A model generated the notes under the pieces. That model was not told the DNA's origin, made no database searches, and saw only the letters and a program-made list of their open reading frames with translations. The translations under genes were made by a program, and so were the position numbers. From Leptogorgia sarmentosa (taxonomy: Eukaryota), in NCBI GenBank assembly GCA_964658305.1, contig OZ210884.1, positions 5,952,001 through 6,016,000 of the forward strand: a DNA stretch of 64,000 nt. The letters are read 5' to 3'. Shown here piece by piece: positions 61,585 to 64,000 of the stretch. The number at the start of each line of letters is the position of its first letter. Position 1 is the stretch's first letter.

Positions 61585-64000
61585 ATCCTCACAAAAACTG
61601 TTGCAGACGAACACTTTTAGTGGGCGAAACACCTACTTTAACGGTGAAACTAAACGGCATCGAAGTACCGTGCGTGATAGATACTGGCTCGATGGTATCC
61701 TTCGTTACGGAAGAATTCTATAAGAAGAAACTCCAACAAACCTGTGGTCGCATTGAAACTGGGCACCTGATGACCCTCCGGGCTGCTAATGGGTTGCAAA
61801 TTCCATATATGGGATACATTGAACTAGACGTTGAGGTTGACGGGGTCAGAATTCCGGGTTGCGGAATATTGGTCTTAAAAGACACCCCTGCTGCTGTTAG
61901 TAATAGACGGGTCGCCCCTGGTCTCCTTGGAACGAACGTGTTGGCACACCTACCGAAGTTTGCAGAAATACTCCAGCCTTCATCACTTAGTAAACGGCGA
62001 AGTCTAGCGACGAAATCGTCCGGATTCGTTCGAGTTTCGGGAAGAGATGCTGTCCTGGTACCGGCAAATTCCGTAGCCAACGTGAACGTGAATGGTACAC
62101 CGTGCGGGTCGTGCGCGTTAGTGGAACCGTTGCGTGGTCCCCTCCCAGGGAACCTGATAATTGCCAATACTCTCGTGGACGCGTCTCGAACTTGTTTTTC
62201 TATTCAGGTTGCTAACCCAACCTCGAAGGACATTTGGCTTAAACCCCGGACACGTCTAGCTGTGGTGTGCAGTATCGGAAGAATCATGACCGGCGAGACA
62301 TTGAACGTCGACGTGCGGACGGACGAGATTATTGTGTCGTGTACTGAGGTAGCGGGACCTCAGCAAGACACTACTGATGGAGACACTGGGACCGTGATCC
62401 TACCTCGTGGTATCGCCTTATCCGATTTCCCTGGCACTCCAGATGAGAAGCAGAGAGCCACGGAGCTATTTAAGAAGTACGCTGATGTCTTCGCCCACGA
62501 TAACATGGACTTAGGGAGGACGACAGCAATTAAACATGGCATTCCAACGGTCGATGACAAGCCGGTGACTCAGCGCCACCGAAGAATACCCCCCAATCAA
62601 TTCGCTGAAGTAAAGCAACACCTGCAAGAATTGCTAGACAAGGGCGTGATACGGCCGAGCCAAAGTGACTACTCTTCGCCAATCGTCCTAGTACGTAAGA
62701 AAAACGGTGACTTGCGACTGTGTGTAGACTACCGTCAGCTAAATGCGAAGGTGAAACGCGATGCGTACCCTCTACCCAGAATCGAAGAAAGTCTCGACGT
62801 GCTCGGAGGTGCGAAGTACTTCTCGACGATAGACTTGGCGGCGGCATATAACCAAGTAGAAGTTGAACCGGATGATCGACGTAAAACGGCATTCACTACT
62901 CCATTCGGGCTGTTCGAGTACAACCGTATGCCATTTGGTTTGTGCGGAGCACCGGCGACGTTCCAACGAGTGATGCAAACCATTTTCCGAGATGAGCTGC
63001 TACAGGTATTGATTGTGTACCTTGACGACATAATCGTGTTTAGCGAAGATATCGGGGAGCATCTTAAACGTTTGGAACTTGTGTTTCGTAAGCTACGAGA
63101 ACATGGTCTCAAGATCGAACCCAAGAAGTGCCAGTTCTTCTGCTCGAAAGTTACATACCTTGGACATGTTGTGTCAGCGGAAGGTGTGGCCACCGACCCC
63201 TCAAAGACTGAAGTGGTGACGAATTGGCCCGAACCGAAAACGTTGAAGGAGCTTCGATCGTTCCTGGGGTTCGCATCTTACTATCGCAAATTTGTCCCTG
63301 GATTCGCTCAGGTAGCGAAGCCGCTACACGAACTTGTCGCTAGCTTATACGATGGCGGGAAGAGCGGGAAACAGAGGAATAAGCCAATCGGAGACTTGTG
63401 GCAAGAACGTTGTCAAGGAGCCTTTCAGAACTTAAAAGCAGCTCTAACCAGTCCACCGGTCCTCGCGTACCCGGTTTACTCCAAACCCTTTATTGTCGAG
63501 GTAGATGCTTCTAATGACGGACTTGGCGCGGTGCTATCGCAGGAACAGGATGGTAAAGTCAGGCCAATTGCGTACGCCAGCCGAGGCCTTAGAGGAGCCG
63601 AGAAGAACATGAGCAACTACTCATCGCGGAAACTAGAACTTCTTGCACTTAAATGGGCAGTTACGGAAAAGTTTCGCGAGTATTTGATCTCTTCTACGTT
63701 CACCGTATTAACTGATAATAACCCACTAACGTATTTGCAATCGAAAAGCAAACTGAAGGCAGTGGAGCAACGCTGGGCGTCCGAGTTAGCGAATTTCAAC
63801 TTCGAGATCAAGTATCGAGCCGGAAAGAGTAACGTGAACGCCGACGCCCTGAGCAGGATGAAGCAGTCGGACGACCGGATCCACGATGTAAATTACGTGC
63901 AGTCGTGCCTCGAAGATAGTACCGGCACTACTATCCTACCAGAAAGATTGCGCGCGAATCTACTGAACTCTGCTACGTTCCTCGCGGATCAGAATCTAGT
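61524..64000 (+). CDS. pol: Ty3/Gypsy Pol (protease-RT-RNase H; runs off the right edge)
   Basis: -1 frame relative to gag: VIDTGS, LRLCVDYRQLN, YLDD (63018-63029, same frame), VDASNDGLGAVL, NYSSRKLELLA, TDNNPL. Confidence 0.92.

Overview
This is animal genomic DNA (AT-rich, GT-AG introns, dense in transposons); a cnidarian-like invertebrate is a guess from repeat style only. The central feature is a three-copy family encoding a Patched/NPC1-type (RND, sterol-sensing) 12-TM transporter fused in frame, within one 5,855-bp exon, to a type I polyketide/fatty-acid synthase. Copy B (+, 27596-41660) assembles by hand into 12 phase-consistent exons (10,635 nt, 3,544 aa). Its domain order is Patched-like transporter, KS, AT, DH, degenerate ER, KR, ACP, TE, then a C-terminal PH-like domain. 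Copy A (-, 7325 to 987, continuing off the left edge) lies head-to-head with B in an inverted duplication with arms of about 10-11 kb and is patchily diverged from it. Copy C (+, 55151-56486) is a pseudogene with a fold-back deletion and nested BEL and Gypsy insertions. The rest includes a CR1/L2 LINE, DIRS/Ngaro, Gypsy, BEL and Penelope fragments, and hAT and Tc1 MITEs. It also holds a young 4.6-kb TIR transposon encoding a RING finger, a 51-bp hairpin minisatellite, and a Gypsy element with a -1 frameshift pseudoknot. All calls come from manual motif reading; no database searches were run.
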